Source: Escherichia coli (GTDB lineage Bacteria; Pseudomonadota; Gammaproteobacteria; Enterobacterales; Enterobacteriaceae). From it: a DNA stretch of 64,000 bases. The position numbers were made by a program, and so were the translations under genes. The stretch lies in the NCBI RefSeq assembly GCF_045037415.1, contig NZ_CP173438.1; one strand, given 5' to 3'. The notes under the pieces were generated by a model. It had not been told where the DNA came from, made no database searches, and saw nothing but the letters and a program-made list of their open reading frames with translations. The stretch's first letter is position 1; each line of letters begins with the position of its first letter. Of the stretch, positions 1-11,933 are shown in pieces.

Positions 1-65
1 CGCCTTATCAGGCCTACAAAATCAATACGTCGTTTGCAGGCCTGATAAGCGCTGCGCATCAGGCA
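1..65. repeat. REP/BIME-like palindromic unit (cgccttatcaggcctac ... gcaggcctgataagcg)
   Basis: Inverted repeat with the typical E. coli REP consensus (GCCTGATAAGCG / CGCTTATCAGGC) at the window start. Confidence 0.5.
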
Positions 66-388
66 TTATTGCGTTAACCCTGCTTCTGCGTATTAATCTC
101 TCAGCGCATCCTGCAAAATTTTCATTGCCGCATCGAATTGCGCAACCGGGATGGTATGGGCTTCGTTAGGCGGCGCATATTTGTGGTATTTGATCCGCCG
201 CTATCGCAAAGTGCCATTGTATGATGGCGACAGAACGCCGGTGAGCGAAACGTAATAGTCGAATGCGCGGCGCATTATCCTGCCTGAGGGTAATGCACCG
301 CGCCATTAACTATAAAAATATGTATGACCCGGATCACGAGTGCTATCATCCGCCCTTATGCTTAGCGCATTAACCCCAGGGGCAAATA

Positions 389-634
389 ATGAACCACGAT
401 ATCCCGCTAAAATATTATGATATTGCCGATGAGTACGCGACCGAATGCGCAGAGCCTGTCGCAGACGCTGAACGCACACCGCTGGCCCACTACTTCCAGT
501 TACTGCTCACCCGTTTGATGAACAATGAAGAGATCAGTGAAGAAGCCCAACATGAAATGGCTGCTGAAGCGGGGATTAATCCCGTACGCATTGATGAGAT
601 CGCAGAGTTTTTGAATCAATGGGGTAATGAGTAA
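389..634 (+). CDS. ymjA: Small protein YmjA (DUF2543 family), 81 aa
   Basis: 81-aa ORF immediately upstream of sapA, matching K-12 gene order and size. Confidence 0.75.
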   Translation: MNHDIPLKYYDIADEYATECAEPVADAERTPLAHYFQLLLTRLMNNEEISEEAQHEMAAEAGINPVRIDEIAEFLNQWGNE

Positions 635-667
635 TTATTTAATTGCAGACTATCGGTCAGTATCGTT

Positions 668-698
668 GCCCGGATAAAGCGTTCGCGCCGCATCCGGC
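668..698. repeat. REP-like palindrome (gcccggataaagcgttcgcgccgcatccggc) downstream of ymjA
   Basis: GC-rich imperfect palindrome of REP type in the ymjA-sapA intergenic region. Confidence 0.4.
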
Positions 699-946
699 TA
701 AAAATGACACGCACTGCAGCGTGCTTTAATGGGTTTCTCACGATCGTACCGCTCTGCTCCTCGCTAAGTTGTTCTGTGAGTTATAGTTATAAAGAAATCA
801 CGGGTACGAATGTTGAACTGATGGCGACGCCACCTGTTCAATGACCAACCACACGGCCCTCATTATTACCTCTGAACACAAACGGTAATGGCAAATGTCA
901 TTAAATATTAGTAAGATAGCCTCTTTACATAAAATCCCTTAATATT

Positions 947-2590
947 ATGCGCCAGGTATTATCGTCTCTTTTGGTGATTGCTGGACTTGTGAGTGGTCAG
1001 GCAATCGCCGCGCCTGAATCCCCCCCGCATGCTGATATCCGCGACAGCGGTTTTGTCTATTGCGTCAGCGGGCAAGTCAACACCTTTAACCCATCCAAAG
1101 CGAGCAGTGGGTTAATTGTCGATACCCTTGCCGCCCAGTTTTATGATCGACTGCTGGATGTCGATCCCTATACCTATCGTCTGATGCCGGAACTTGCCGA
1201 AAGCTGGGAAGTACTCGACAACGGCGCAACCTATCGCTTCCACCTGCGTCGCGATGTTCCGTTTCAAAAAACCGACTGGTTTACTCCCACTCGTAAAATG
1301 AATGCCGACGATGTGGTTTTTACCTTCCAGCGAATTTTTGACCGCAACAACCCGTGGCATAACGTTAATGGCAGCAACTTCCCCTACTTCGACAGCCTGC
1401 AATTTGCCGATAACGTGAAAAGCGTCCGCAAACTGGATAATCATACCGTTGAGTTCCGTCTGGCTCAGCCGGATGCTTCTTTTTTGTGGCACCTCGCGAC
1501 CCATTATGCTTCGGTCATGTCGGCAGAATATGCAGGGAAGTTAGAGAAAGAAGATCGCCAGGAGCAACTCGACCGTCAACCGGTCGGCACCGGTCCGTAT
1601 CAGTTGTCGGAATACCGCGCCGGGCAATATATTCGCTTACAACGTCATGATGATTTCTGGCGTGGTAAGCCGTTGATGCCACAAGTGGTGGTGGATTTAG
1701 GCTCTGGCGGTACAGGACGATTGTCGAAACTCCTGACCGGGGAGTGCGACGTTCTGGCCTGGCCTGCTGCCAGTCAGCTATCCATTTTGCGTGACGACCC
1801 ACGCTTGCGTTTAACGCTGCGTCCTGGGATGAACGTCGCCTATCTGGCATTCAACACCGCCAAACCGCCGCTAAATAATCCCGCTGTCCGCCATGCGCTG
1901 GCACTGGCAATTAATAACCAGCGCCTGATGCAATCCATCTATTATGGTACGGCTGAAACAGCGGCCTCTATTTTACCGCGCGCCTCGTGGGCCTATGACA
2001 ACGAGGCTAAAATTACTGAATACAATCCGGCAAAATCGCGCGAACAGTTGAAGGCGTTGGGGCTGGAAAACTTAACGCTGAAACTGTGGGTGCCCACACG
2101 TTCGCAGGCGTGGAACCCCAGTCCACTGAAAACCGCCGAACTGATTCAGGCGGATATGGCACAGGTTGGCGTAAAAGTGGTGATTGTGCCGGTAGAAGGT
2201 CGTTTTCAGGAGGCGCGGTTGATGGATATGAGCCATGATCTGACGTTATCCGGTTGGGCGACGGACAGTAACGACCCGGACAGTTTCTTCCGTCCGTTAC
2301 TGAGCTGCGCGGCAATTCATTCGCAGACCAACCTCGCCCACTGGTGCGATCCGAAATTCGACAGCGTGTTGCGTAAGGCGCTCTCCTCGCAGCAGCTGGC
2401 GGCGCGTATTGAAGCCTATGACGAAGCGCAAAGTATTCTGGCGCAGGAATTACCTATTCTGCCGCTGGCGTCGTCATTGCGTTTGCAGGCCTATCGGTAC
2501 GATATCAAAGGTCTGGTACTTAGCCCGTTTGGTAACGCCTCCTTTGCTGGGGTGTATCGCGAGAAACAGGATGAGGTGAAAAAGCCATGA
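947..2590 (+). CDS. sapA: Periplasmic peptide-binding protein SapA (ABC transporter substrate-binding component)
   Basis: 547-aa ORF with N-terminal signal peptide, first gene of a five-gene ABC operon with overlapping stops and starts. Confidence 0.9.
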   Translation: MRQVLSSLLVIAGLVSGQAIAAPESPPHADIRDSGFVYCVSGQVNTFNPSKASSGLIVDTLAAQFYDRLLDVDPYTYRLMPELAESWEVLDNGATYRFHLRRDVPFQKTDWFTPTRKMNADDVVFTFQRIFDRNNPWHNVNGSNFPYFDSLQFADNVKSVRKLDNHTVEFRLAQPDASFLWHLATHYASVMSAEYAGKLEKEDRQEQLDRQPVGTGPYQLSEYRAGQYIRLQRHDDFWRGKPLMPQVVVDLGSGGTGRLSKLLTGECDVLAWPAASQLSILRDDPRLRLTLRPGMNVAYLAFNTAKPPLNNPAVRHALALAINNQRLMQSIYYGTAETAASILPRASWAYDNEAKITEYNPAKSREQLKALGLENLTLKLWVPTRSQAWNPSPLKTAELIQADMAQVGVKVVIVPVEGRFQEARLMDMSHDLTLSGWATDSNDPDSFFRPLLSCAAIHSQTNLAHWCDPKFDSVLRKALSSQQLAARIEAYDEAQSILAQELPILPLASSLRLQAYRYDIKGLVLSPFGNASFAGVYREKQDEVKKP

Positions 2591-3552
2591 TTATCTTCAC
2601 CTTACGCCGTATTTTGTTATTGATTGTGACCTTGTTCCTGCTGACCTTCGTTGGCTTCAGCTTGAGCTATTTCACCCCACATGCGCCGTTACAAGGCGCG
2701 TCACTGTGGAATGCCTGGGTGTTCTGGTTTAATGGCCTGATCCACTGGGATTTTGGTGTTTCCAGCATTAACGGTCAACCGATTGCCGAACAGTTAAAAG
2801 AGGTCTTCCCGGCAACGATGGAACTGTGCATCCTCGCCTTCGGTTTTGCGCTGATTGTTGGCATCCCCGTGGGGATGATTGCCGGGATTACGCGCCATAA
2901 GTGGCAGGATAACTTGATCAACGCCATCGCCTTACTGGGCTTTTCAATCCCGGTGTTCTGGCTGGCGCTTCTGTTGACGCTGTTTTGTTCACTCACGCTA
3001 GGTTGGTTGCCCGTTTCAGGGCGTTTCGATCTGCTCTACGAAGTGAAACCGATTACCGGTTTTGCGTTGATTGATGCCTGGCTTTCGGACTCACCGTGGC
3101 GGGATGAAATGATCATTAGCGCAATCCGCCATATGGTATTGCCCGTGATCACCCTGTCGGTTGCGCCAACAACTGAAGTGATCCGACTGATGCGTATCAG
3201 CACTATCGAAGTGTATGACCAGAACTATGTTAAAGCAGCGGCGACCCGCGGTTTGTCGCGCTTTACTATTTTGCGTCGCCACGTTCTGCATAACGCGTTA
3301 CCTCCGGTTATTCCTCGCCTGGGCTTACAGTTTTCCACCATGCTGACGCTGGCGATGATCACCGAAATGGTTTTTAGCTGGCCGGGTTTAGGGCGCTGGT
3401 TAATTAACGCCATCCGCCAGCAGGATTACGCAGCCATTTCCGCCGGAGTGATGGTGTGTGGCTCACTGGTCATTATTGTTAACGTGATTTCTGATATTTT
3501 GGGTGCCATGGCTAACCCTCTGAAACATAAGGAATGGTATGCCTTACGATAG
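2587..3552 (+). CDS. sapB: ABC transporter permease SapB
   Basis: 321-aa hydrophobic ORF, ATGA overlap with the sapA stop. Confidence 0.9.
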
Positions 3553-4429
3553 CGTATACAGCGAAAAGCGCCCGCCGGGCACGCTGCGTACCGCCTGGCG
3601 CAAATTTTATAGTGACGCCTCTGCGATGGTCGGCCTGTACGGCTGCGCGGGGCTGGCTGTACTGTGTATTTTTGGCGGCTGGTTTGCGCCTTACGGCATC
3701 GACCAGCAATTTCTCGGTTATCAATTATTGCCGCCGTCATGGTCGCGCTATGGCGAAGTTTCTTTCTTCCTGGGGACTGACGACCTCGGACGCGATGTTT
3801 TAAGCCGTTTACTGAGCGGAGCTGCGCCAACCGTAGGTGGCGCATTTGTGGTGACGCTTGCCGCGACGATCTGTGGCCTGGTACTGGGCACCTTCGCCGG
3901 GGCGACCCACGGCCTACGCTCAGCGGTGCTTAACCATATTCTGGATACCTTACTGGCGATCCCTTCGCTGCTGCTGGCAATTATCGTTGTAGCGTTTGCC
4001 GGACCGAGTTTGTCTCACGCCATGTTTGCTGTCTGGCTGGCGCTGCTGCCACGTATGGTACGTTCGATTTACAGCATGGTGCATGACGAACTGGAAAAAG
4101 AGTACGTTATCGCCGCCCGTCTGGATGGCGCATCAACGCTGAATATTCTCTGGTTTGCTGTGATGCCCAACATCACCGCCGGGCTGGTCACCGAGATCAC
4201 CCGCGCACTGTCGATGGCAATTCTCGATATCGCCGCGCTGGGCTTTCTCGATCTCGGCGCACAACTGCCCTCGCCTGAATGGGGAGCGATGCTCGGTGAT
4301 GCGCTGGAACTGATTTATGTCGCCCCGTGGACTGTCATGCTGCCTGGTGCGGCGATTATGATTAGCGTGCTGTTGGTTAACCTCCTTGGCGACGGTGTCC
4401 GTCGTGCAATTATTGCGGGGGTGGAATAA
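3539..4429 (+). CDS. sapC: ABC transporter permease SapC
   Basis: 296-aa hydrophobic ORF overlapping the sapB 3' end. Confidence 0.9.
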
Positions 4430-5421
4430 TGCCATTACTCGATATTCGTAACCTGACCATTGAATTTAAAACCGGTGATGAGTGGGTTAAAGCCGTCGAC
4501 CGCGTAAGTATGACCTTAACCGAAGGTGAAATCCGCGGTCTTGTTGGCGAATCCGGTTCCGGTAAAAGTTTGATTGCGAAAGCGATTTGTGGGGTGAATA
4601 AAGATAACTGGCGTGTTACTGCTGACCGTATGCGTTTTGATGATATCGATTTGCTGCGTCTCTCCGCACGCGAACGGCGCAAGCTGGTTGGTCACAACGT
4701 GTCGATGATTTTCCAGGAACCGCAGTCGTGTCTTGACCCTTCAGAACGTGTGGGTCGCCAGTTGATGCAAAACATCCCAGCCTGGACCTATAAAGGCCGT
4801 TGGTGGCAGCGTTTTGGCTGGCGCAAACGCCGTGCCATTGAACTGCTGCACCGCGTGGGGATTAAAGATCACAAAGATGCGATGCGCAGTTTTCCCTATG
4901 AGTTGACCGAAGGCGAATGTCAGAAAGTGATGATAGCCATTGCACTGGCGAATCAACCGCGTCTGCTGATTGCTGACGAACCGACAAACTCAATGGAGCC
5001 AACAACCCAGGCGCAAATCTTTCGCCTCCTGACGCGTCTCAACCAAAACAGCAATACCACTATTTTGCTTATCAGCCATGACTTACAAATGCTTAGCCAA
5101 TGGGCGGATAAAATTAACGTGCTTTACTGCGGTCAAACGGTGGAAACCGCGCCGAGTAAGGAGTTGGTGACGATGCCACACCATCCTTATACCCAGGCGC
5201 TGATCCGCGCGATACCAGACTTCGGCAGCGCGATGCCGCATAAAAGTCGCCTCAATACGCTGCCCGGCGCTATCCCGCTACTGGAACAGTTACCGATTGG
5301 TTGTCGTCTGGGGCCACGTTGCCCGTATGCACAACGAGAATGCATTGTGACGCCACGTTTGACGGGGGCGAAAAATCATCTCTATGCCTGTCATTTCCCA
5401 CTGAACATGGAGAAAGAGTGA
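4429..5421 (+). CDS. sapD: ABC transporter ATP-binding protein SapD
   Basis: Walker A motif GESGSGKS; 330 aa; start overlaps the sapC stop. Confidence 0.9.
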
Positions 5422-5422
5422 G

Positions 5423-6229
5423 ATGATCGAAACGCTACTTGAAGTGCGTAATTTAAGTAAAACGTTCCGCTACCGGACCGGCTGGTTTCGTCGTCAGACC
5501 GTAGAAGCGGTAAAACCCTTGAGCTTTACGCTACGTGAAGGCCAGACACTGGCGATTATCGGCGAGAATGGTTCGGGTAAATCCACGCTGGCAAAAATGC
5601 TGGCGGGAATGATAGAACCTACCAGCGGCGAGTTATTGATTGACGATCATCCGCTGCATTTTGGCGATTATTCCTTCCGCAGTCAGCGTATTCGCATGAT
5701 TTTTCAGGATCCTTCCACCTCGTTGAATCCCCGTCAACGTATCTCGCAAATTCTGGATTTTCCACTGCGCCTGAACACCGACCTGGAACCGGAACAGCGT
5801 CGCAAACAGATTATTGAAACGATGCGTATGGTTGGGCTGCTACCGGATCACGTCAGTTACTATCCGCATATGTTGGCACCCGGGCAAAAACAGCGTCTGG
5901 GTCTGGCGCGCGCGCTGATATTGCGCCCAAAAGTCATTATTGCCGATGAAGCCCTCGCCTCACTGGATATGTCGATGCGTTCGCAGTTGATTAATCTGAT
6001 GCTGGAGTTACAGGAAAAACAGGGCATTTCGTATATTTATGTTACCCAGCATATCGGAATGATGAAGCACATTAGCGACCAGGTGCTGGTGATGCATCAG
6101 GGCGAGGTTGTCGAGCGAGGCAGCACCGCAGATGTGCTGGCATCGCCGCTGCATGAACTCACCAAACGGCTGATCGCCGGTCATTTTGGCGAGGCATTGA
6201 CGGCGGATGCGTGGCGTAAGGACCGTTAG
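5423..6229 (+). CDS. sapF: ABC transporter ATP-binding protein SapF
   Basis: Walker A motif GENGSGKST; 268 aa; last gene of the sap operon. Confidence 0.9.
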   Translation: MIETLLEVRNLSKTFRYRTGWFRRQTVEAVKPLSFTLREGQTLAIIGENGSGKSTLAKMLAGMIEPTSGELLIDDHPLHFGDYSFRSQRIRMIFQDPSTSLNPRQRISQILDFPLRLNTDLEPEQRRKQIIETMRMVGLLPDHVSYYPHMLAPGQKQRLGLARALILRPKVIIADEALASLDMSMRSQLINLMLELQEKQGISYIYVTQHIGMMKHISDQVLVMHQGEVVERGSTADVLASPLHELTKRLIAGHFGEALTADAWRKDR

Positions 6230-6236
6230 TGTTTTG

Positions 6237-6272
6237 CACCTCATCCTGACAGGCCCCCCTCAGGATGAGGTG
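6237..6272. terminator. Bidirectional hairpin terminator between convergent sapF and the MFS gene
   Basis: Perfect 13-bp inverted repeat cacctcatcctga / tcaggatgaggtg around a C-rich loop. Confidence 0.5.
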
Positions 6273-6276
6273 TTCA

Positions 6277-7440
6277 TTACTTTTGGTTGTCGATTCTGGT
6301 GAGAGCAACCAGCAATGCCAGCGTATAACACACCGTAATTGCCAGACTCATTTTTAACAGTGTTTCTCCGCCAATTCCCGACAATGGCGCGGCTATACCG
6401 CCGAAGACAAACATGCTCATCCCCATCAACGCAGACGCCGTTCCAGATTCCTGCGTCCCTACTGCACTCATAGCCTCTGCCCCGCCAACAGTGCCGATGC
6501 CGCTACAAAATGCGATGGTGAAAAATAATGCCACCAGTGCCGGAATGGGCAATTGTATCCATGCGCATAAGACCGTGAGCAATGCACACAAAATTGCCGC
6601 TATCAGGCCACCTCGCAACAATGTCATCGCGTTAATCCGTCGCGCCAGGCGCGAGAAGATCCATGAAGCAATGATAAGTCCGGTGCCGTTAAGGCCAAAC
6701 ACCAGGCTAAATTGCATTGGACTAAAGCCAAATTCCTTCTGCAACACGAACGACGAAGAGCCGATATATGCAAACAAACCGGCCAGCATAAAACTTTGAA
6801 TCAGGCAAAAGCGCATAAAACGGCGGTTCTGCACCACGCTTCGTCCGGTTAATAGCAATGATGAGCCCCTTTTATTTTCTGGCAAGGTCTCATGAATAAA
6901 TAACAGACAGCCCAGCAACAGTACGGTGCTAATTTCAGCCATTACCCAGAATAAAGTGCGCCAGTCAAAAGTGCTAACAATGTACCCGCCCAGCACTGGC
7001 GACAACACCGGTGCCAGGCCATTCACCGTCATTAACAGCGCAAAAAACTGGGTCAACGTTACTCCCTGATATTTGTCACGAGCAATAGAACGAGAGAGCA
7101 CCGAACCACCCGCCCCCGCGATCCCTTGAATAAAACGCCAGACCACCAGCCAGTAAATATTGTTCGTTGTCGCGCATAAAATGGAAGAAACAATAAACAA
7201 TAGCAACGACAAGATTAACGGACGTTTACGCCCTATTTTGTCGCTCAGAGGGCCAAATAACAGTTGTCCGACGCCAAGACCAATCAGTGATGCGGTCAGG
7301 GTTAATTGCGTTATGGTCGTGGTTGCCGCCAGTTGCTCAGACATCTCCGGCAAAGCCGGCAAATAAAGATCGGTACACATCGGGCCGATACCGGCTAAAA
7401 GACCAAGAATCAATGCCCATGAAAGAGAGACTCTAGCCAT
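6277..7440 (-). CDS. MFS drug efflux transporter, Bcr/CflA (DHA1) type, 387 aa
   Basis: Twelve hydrophobic segments with MFS signatures (GPLSDKIGRKRP-like motif); last gene of the accessory efflux cluster. Confidence 0.75.
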   Translation of the reverse strand: MARVSLSWALILGLLAGIGPMCTDLYLPALPEMSEQLAATTTITQLTLTASLIGLGVGQLLFGPLSDKIGRKRPLILSLLLFIVSSILCATTNNIYWLVVWRFIQGIAGAGGSVLSRSIARDKYQGVTLTQFFALLMTVNGLAPVLSPVLGGYIVSTFDWRTLFWVMAEISTVLLLGCLLFIHETLPENKRGSSLLLTGRSVVQNRRFMRFCLIQSFMLAGLFAYIGSSSFVLQKEFGFSPMQFSLVFGLNGTGLIIASWIFSRLARRINAMTLLRGGLIAAILCALLTVLCAWIQLPIPALVALFFTIAFCSGIGTVGGAEAMSAVGTQESGTASALMGMSMFVFGGIAAPLSGIGGETLLKMSLAITVCYTLALLVALTRIDNQK

Positions 7441-7448
7441 ATTATTCC

Positions 7449-8822
7449 TTACTTGAGTGATGACATACCGCCGCCCAGCGACTGCCAGAGCGTGATTCGG
7501 TTTGTAAAATCAGTCAGTTGCAGTGCCAGCAGCTCCTGCTGTGCGCTCCACAAGCTGCGCTGCGCCGTCAACACGGTCAGGTAATCACCAACACCCGCCT
7601 GATAGCGACGCAAGCCAACATCGACCGTTTGTTGTTCAGCTTTAACATACTGGCGCTGTGCATCCAGTTGCTCTTCAAGCGTGGTCCGCCGCGCCAGTGC
7701 GTTAGCGACATCTTTAAATGCGCTCTGAACGGTTTTTTCATAGGTGGCAATGAGTCCACGCTTTTGTGCTTCTGCGTAACGAAGCTGCGCCAGATTACTT
7801 CCGCCAGTAAACAGCGGTAATGTGACCGATGGCGCAAATGACCAGATCTGCATTCCGTGGCTGAACAACGACGACAACGCGTCACTGCCAACACCGGCAC
7901 TGGCAGTCAGCGAAATCGTCGGGAAAAAGTTAGCCCGCGCCGCGCCAATATCTGCATTGGCGCTCTTCAAATTATGTTCCGCTTCCTGGATATCCGGGCG
8001 ACGCAGCAGAACATCAGATGATACTCCCGCAGGAACCAGACTTATCATTTGTTCCGGCAGGCTTTCCAGTGTTCCCGGTAGCAGATTTTCCGCAAGCGTT
8101 GTACCTGCCAGTAAGTTCAGCGCATTTTTATCCTGCATCACTTGTGTCTGATAGCTGGCAACGCTGGCGCGCGCTTGCTGATAAACACTCATCGCCTCAC
8201 TGACATCTGTCGCTGCCGCCGTGCCAACCTGTTGCTGGCGCTGGATAATTTTCAATGAGTTTTCTGCACTGGCCATCGTTTCTTTTGCCAGGGCCAGGTT
8301 GCTGTTATCAGCCGCCAGTGTCAGCCAGGCGGTGCTGATTTCAGCAATCAGCGTTAAACGAGTGTTCTGGGCTGTAAATTCACTGGCAAGCCAGGTTTCC
8401 CGCGCCGCCCGAGATAAACTCTGATTACGACCAAACAGATCTAACGTATAACTGGACACCGTGCCGTCAGCCTCGGCAGTTGTTCCCGTACCATTCGCCA
8501 GCGAACGGCTGCGGGTCGAACTTAAGGCCGCATTCACCGTCGGAAATAACGACGCATTAGTTTGCCCATAGAGCGCCCGTGCTGAGTCAATATCAGCAAT
8601 CGCTTTTTGCACATCGCGGTTACTGTTCAGTGCAATGGTTACTACCTGCTGCAATCGGGGATCGTGGATCACCTGCTGCCAGTCATGGCTGATTGCCTTC
8701 CCCTGGCCCTGTGCTCCCGGCAAGGTCGCCGGGATTGGGGATTCAGGCGTACTGTAGTGAGGATCGAGCGAGACACATCCCGCACTCAACAACACCAGAA
8801 AAATAAGAGAACGACGCAACAT
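7449..8822 (-). CDS. RND efflux outer membrane factor lipoprotein (NodT/OprM family), 457 aa
   Basis: Lipobox LLSAGC at the N-terminus, OprM/TolC-like repeat organisation, start 3 bp after the RND gene stop. Confidence 0.8.
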   Translation of the reverse strand: MLRRSLIFLVLLSAGCVSLDPHYSTPESPIPATLPGAQGQGKAISHDWQQVIHDPRLQQVVTIALNSNRDVQKAIADIDSARALYGQTNASLFPTVNAALSSTRSRSLANGTGTTAEADGTVSSYTLDLFGRNQSLSRAARETWLASEFTAQNTRLTLIAEISTAWLTLAADNSNLALAKETMASAENSLKIIQRQQQVGTAAATDVSEAMSVYQQARASVASYQTQVMQDKNALNLLAGTTLAENLLPGTLESLPEQMISLVPAGVSSDVLLRRPDIQEAEHNLKSANADIGAARANFFPTISLTASAGVGSDALSSLFSHGMQIWSFAPSVTLPLFTGGSNLAQLRYAEAQKRGLIATYEKTVQSAFKDVANALARRTTLEEQLDAQRQYVKAEQQTVDVGLRRYQAGVGDYLTVLTAQRSLWSAQQELLALQLTDFTNRITLWQSLGGGMSSLK

Positions 8823-8825
8823 AAC

Positions 8826-11800
8826 TTACTCCTGACGGCGCGGTTTACCGGCAAACAAACGTTTCACCAGTACAAAAAACAGAGGAACGAAGAAAATGGC
8901 CAGTAATGTAGCGGTCAGCGTGCCGCCAATAATGCCCGTACCAATGGCGATGCGGCTGTTCGCCCCTGCGCCGGTTGCTATCGCCAGCGGCATTACCCCC
9001 GCAATAAACGCCAGCGAGGTCATGATGATTGGGCGTAAACGAGTCTGCGCCGCGCGTAATGCCGCACGACTCAAGGAATAGCCCTCTGCAACCGCCGCTT
9101 CAGCAAATTCCACAATCAGAATGGCGTTTTTCGACGACAAGCCGATAGTAGTTAATAGCGCTACCTGGAAGTAAACGTCGTTGTTTAAATCACGCATCCA
9201 GGCCGCCAGCGCCGCGCCAAGAAGCCCCAGAGGGATCACCAGAATGACCGAGAACGGGACTGACCAGCTTTCGTACAGTGCTGCAAGGCAGAGGAAAACC
9301 ACCAGAATAGAAACTGCATACAGACTTAATGCCTGACCGCTGGCCAGTTTCTCCTGCAATGACAAACCACTCCAGGCCCAGGTTGTTCCCGCAGGAAGAC
9401 TGTTTGCCAGTTCCTCCATTTTTGTCATTGCATCGCCGGAACTAAAGCCAGTCGCGTTTTCGCCCTGAATTTCATAGGCTGCCGAGCCGTTGTAGCGCAC
9501 CAGTCTTTCCGGTCCATACAGCCAGCGGGTGGTCGCAAAAGCAGAGAATGGTGTCATGGCGTTATCGCTGCCGCGCACAAACCATTTACCTAAGTCTGAC
9601 GGCGCGGAACGAAATTCGCTGTCGCCCTGAATGTAGACTTTTTTCACACGACCACGGTCAATAAAGTCATTCACATAAGTACCGCCCCACGCACTGGACA
9701 GGGTGTCGGTGACATCATTCAAACTCAACCCTAATGACACCGCTTTATTACTATCAATATCTACCTGCAATTGCGGCATTTGTGGCAAATCATTGGCGCG
9801 TACAGAATGTAACTCCGGACTTTGATTCGCTTTTTCTATCAACTGATTACGCATTTGCAGCAGTGTTTCACGATCGGTTCCACCGTTAGCTAACAATTCA
9901 AACGTAAAACCATTGCTTTGGCCCAGCCCATCAACGGCTGGCGGCGTCATCGCAAATACCGTGGCATCACGAATTGTGCCCAGCTCTTTGGTTGCCCGTA
10001 GGGCGATAGCCTGGGCGGTGTTTTCTGCCCCTTTACGTTGAGACCAGTTTTTCAACGAAACAAACGCCATCCCGGTGTTCTGTCCGCTACCGCTAAAACT
10101 GAAACCATCAACGGTAAAGATGACATCGGTATTTGCTTTCTCGTTAATCAGGAACCAGTCAACAATCTGGCGATTCACTTCTGCTGTACGGGCAGCGGTC
10201 GCCCCGGCCGGCAGCGTGTACTGCACCATGATTTCGCCCTGGTCTTCAGTGGGTAAGAAACTGCCCGGCAGTTTCCACATCATCAGGGCCATTCCACCAC
10301 CCAGCACGACATAAAGCCCCATCGTTCGGGCTGCACGGCGCAGGACATAAATTACGCCTCGCTGATATTTATCTTCAGTACGGCGGTAAAAGCGGTTAAA
10401 TGCGCCGAAAAAGCCTTTTTTATGTGGTGGAACATGCTGGAGGACGGAACCGCACAGGGCGGGAGTCAAGGTCAATGCCACCACCACGGAAAGCAGCATT
10501 GCGGAGATGATGGTGATGGAGAACTGACGATAAATTACCCCCGTAGATCCCCCAAAGAAGGCCATCGGCAGGAATACGGCTGACAACACCAGCGCAATGG
10601 CAACCAGTGCGCCAGAAATCTCGCCCATTGATTTTTCCGTGGCTTCACGCGCGGGCAACCCTTCGTCACGCATAATGCGTTCGACGTTCTCTACCACCAC
10701 AATGGCATCGTCCACCAGCAAGCCGATCGCCAGCACCATTGCAAACAACGTCAGGGTATTAATCGAATAGCCAAACAACGCAAGAACGCCGAATGTGCCC
10801 AGCAAAACGACGGGGACAGCTAACGCCGGAATCAGTGTGGCACGCAGGTTTTGCAGGAATAAATACATCACGCAAACCACCAATACGATGGCTTCAAACA
10901 GCGTCTGAATTACGTCCTCTACGGAGATTTTAATAAATTCAGTGCTGTCTTTCGGGTATGCGATGTCGTATCCCTGCGGCATGTTCCGCTGGAATTCGGC
11001 AATCTTATCCTTGACCAGCGTCGCCGTATTCAGCGCATTCGCACCGGGCGAAAGCATTACAGCAACCCCGGCAGACGGGTGACCGTTAAGTTTGCCGATA
11101 GCGGTATAATCTTCACTGCCCATCTCAACGCGAGCCACATCTTTTATACGAACAACTGCGCCGTCTGACTGGCTTTTCACGATAATATTTTTGAACTGAT
11201 CCACCGTCTGCAAGCGAGACTGCGCACGTACCGTTGCGGTCAGTTGCTGAGTATCCGGTGAAGGCAATGCCCCTATTTTCCCGGCAGTAACCTGCACGTT
11301 TTGCGCTTCAATAGCACTTTGCACGTCTGAAGGCATCAGCGAGTAAGACGCCAGTTTGGCCGGGTCAAGCCAGATGCGCATAGCGTATTCCGCGCCAAAG
11401 ACTTGCAGACTCCCCACACCTTCAACACGCGCCAGCGGGTCCTGAACGTTACTGACCAGCCAGTCGGCGATATCCGAACTGGAGGCTTTGTCAGTGGTGT
11501 CATACACGGCAGCAATCAGCAAAAAGTTGCTTTGTGATTTCTCCACCGTAACACCCGTTTGCTGCACTTCGCTGGGTAGGCGCGACTCCGCCTGCTGAAT
11601 TTTATTCTGCACCTGAACCTGTGCAGTATCTGGATCGGTACCTTGTTCAAAGGTCACATTAATACTGACCGAACCATCAGAGCTACTGGTTGAGCTGAAA
11701 TAGAGTAAATTATCAAGCCCAGTGAGTTGTTGCTCGATAACCTGAGTCACGCTGTTCTCCAGCGTTTCGGCAGAAGCACCAGTATAAGTGGCTGAAATTT

Positions 11801-11933
11801 TAATGGTCGGCGGTGCAACGTCAGGATATTGCGCGACGGGCAATGTGCGAATAGCCAGAATCCCTGCCAACATAATCAAAATGGCGATAACCCAGGCAAA
11901 GACCGGGCGGCGAACAAAAAAGCGCGAAAACAT
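8826..11933 (-). CDS. RND multidrug efflux permease (AcrB/MexB HAE1 family), 1035 aa
   Basis: N-terminal region aligns closely by eye with E. coli AcrB (RPVFAWVIAI..MLAG..LPVAQYP..; LIPxxAVPVVLLGTF; GLLVDDAIVVVENVER). Confidence 0.9.
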   Translation of the reverse strand: MFSRFFVRRPVFAWVIAILIMLAGILAIRTLPVAQYPDVAPPTIKISATYTGASAETLENSVTQVIEQQLTGLDNLLYFSSTSSSDGSVSINVTFEQGTDPDTAQVQVQNKIQQAESRLPSEVQQTGVTVEKSQSNFLLIAAVYDTTDKASSSDIADWLVSNVQDPLARVEGVGSLQVFGAEYAMRIWLDPAKLASYSLMPSDVQSAIEAQNVQVTAGKIGALPSPDTQQLTATVRAQSRLQTVDQFKNIIVKSQSDGAVVRIKDVARVEMGSEDYTAIGKLNGHPSAGVAVMLSPGANALNTATLVKDKIAEFQRNMPQGYDIAYPKDSTEFIKISVEDVIQTLFEAIVLVVCVMYLFLQNLRATLIPALAVPVVLLGTFGVLALFGYSINTLTLFAMVLAIGLLVDDAIVVVENVERIMRDEGLPAREATEKSMGEISGALVAIALVLSAVFLPMAFFGGSTGVIYRQFSITIISAMLLSVVVALTLTPALCGSVLQHVPPHKKGFFGAFNRFYRRTEDKYQRGVIYVLRRAARTMGLYVVLGGGMALMMWKLPGSFLPTEDQGEIMVQYTLPAGATAARTAEVNRQIVDWFLINEKANTDVIFTVDGFSFSGSGQNTGMAFVSLKNWSQRKGAENTAQAIALRATKELGTIRDATVFAMTPPAVDGLGQSNGFTFELLANGGTDRETLLQMRNQLIEKANQSPELHSVRANDLPQMPQLQVDIDSNKAVSLGLSLNDVTDTLSSAWGGTYVNDFIDRGRVKKVYIQGDSEFRSAPSDLGKWFVRGSDNAMTPFSAFATTRWLYGPERLVRYNGSAAYEIQGENATGFSSGDAMTKMEELANSLPAGTTWAWSGLSLQEKLASGQALSLYAVSILVVFLCLAALYESWSVPFSVILVIPLGLLGAALAAWMRDLNNDVYFQVALLTTIGLSSKNAILIVEFAEAAVAEGYSLSRAALRAAQTRLRPIIMTSLAFIAGVMPLAIATGAGANSRIAIGTGIIGGTLTATLLAIFFVPLFFVLVKRLFAGKPRRQE

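Noticed and set aside
1112-2315. Three ORFs (130, 111 and 100 aa) on the minus strand inside sapA
   Set aside because: Fully antisense to a well-supported gene with no independent signals; typical shadow ORFs.
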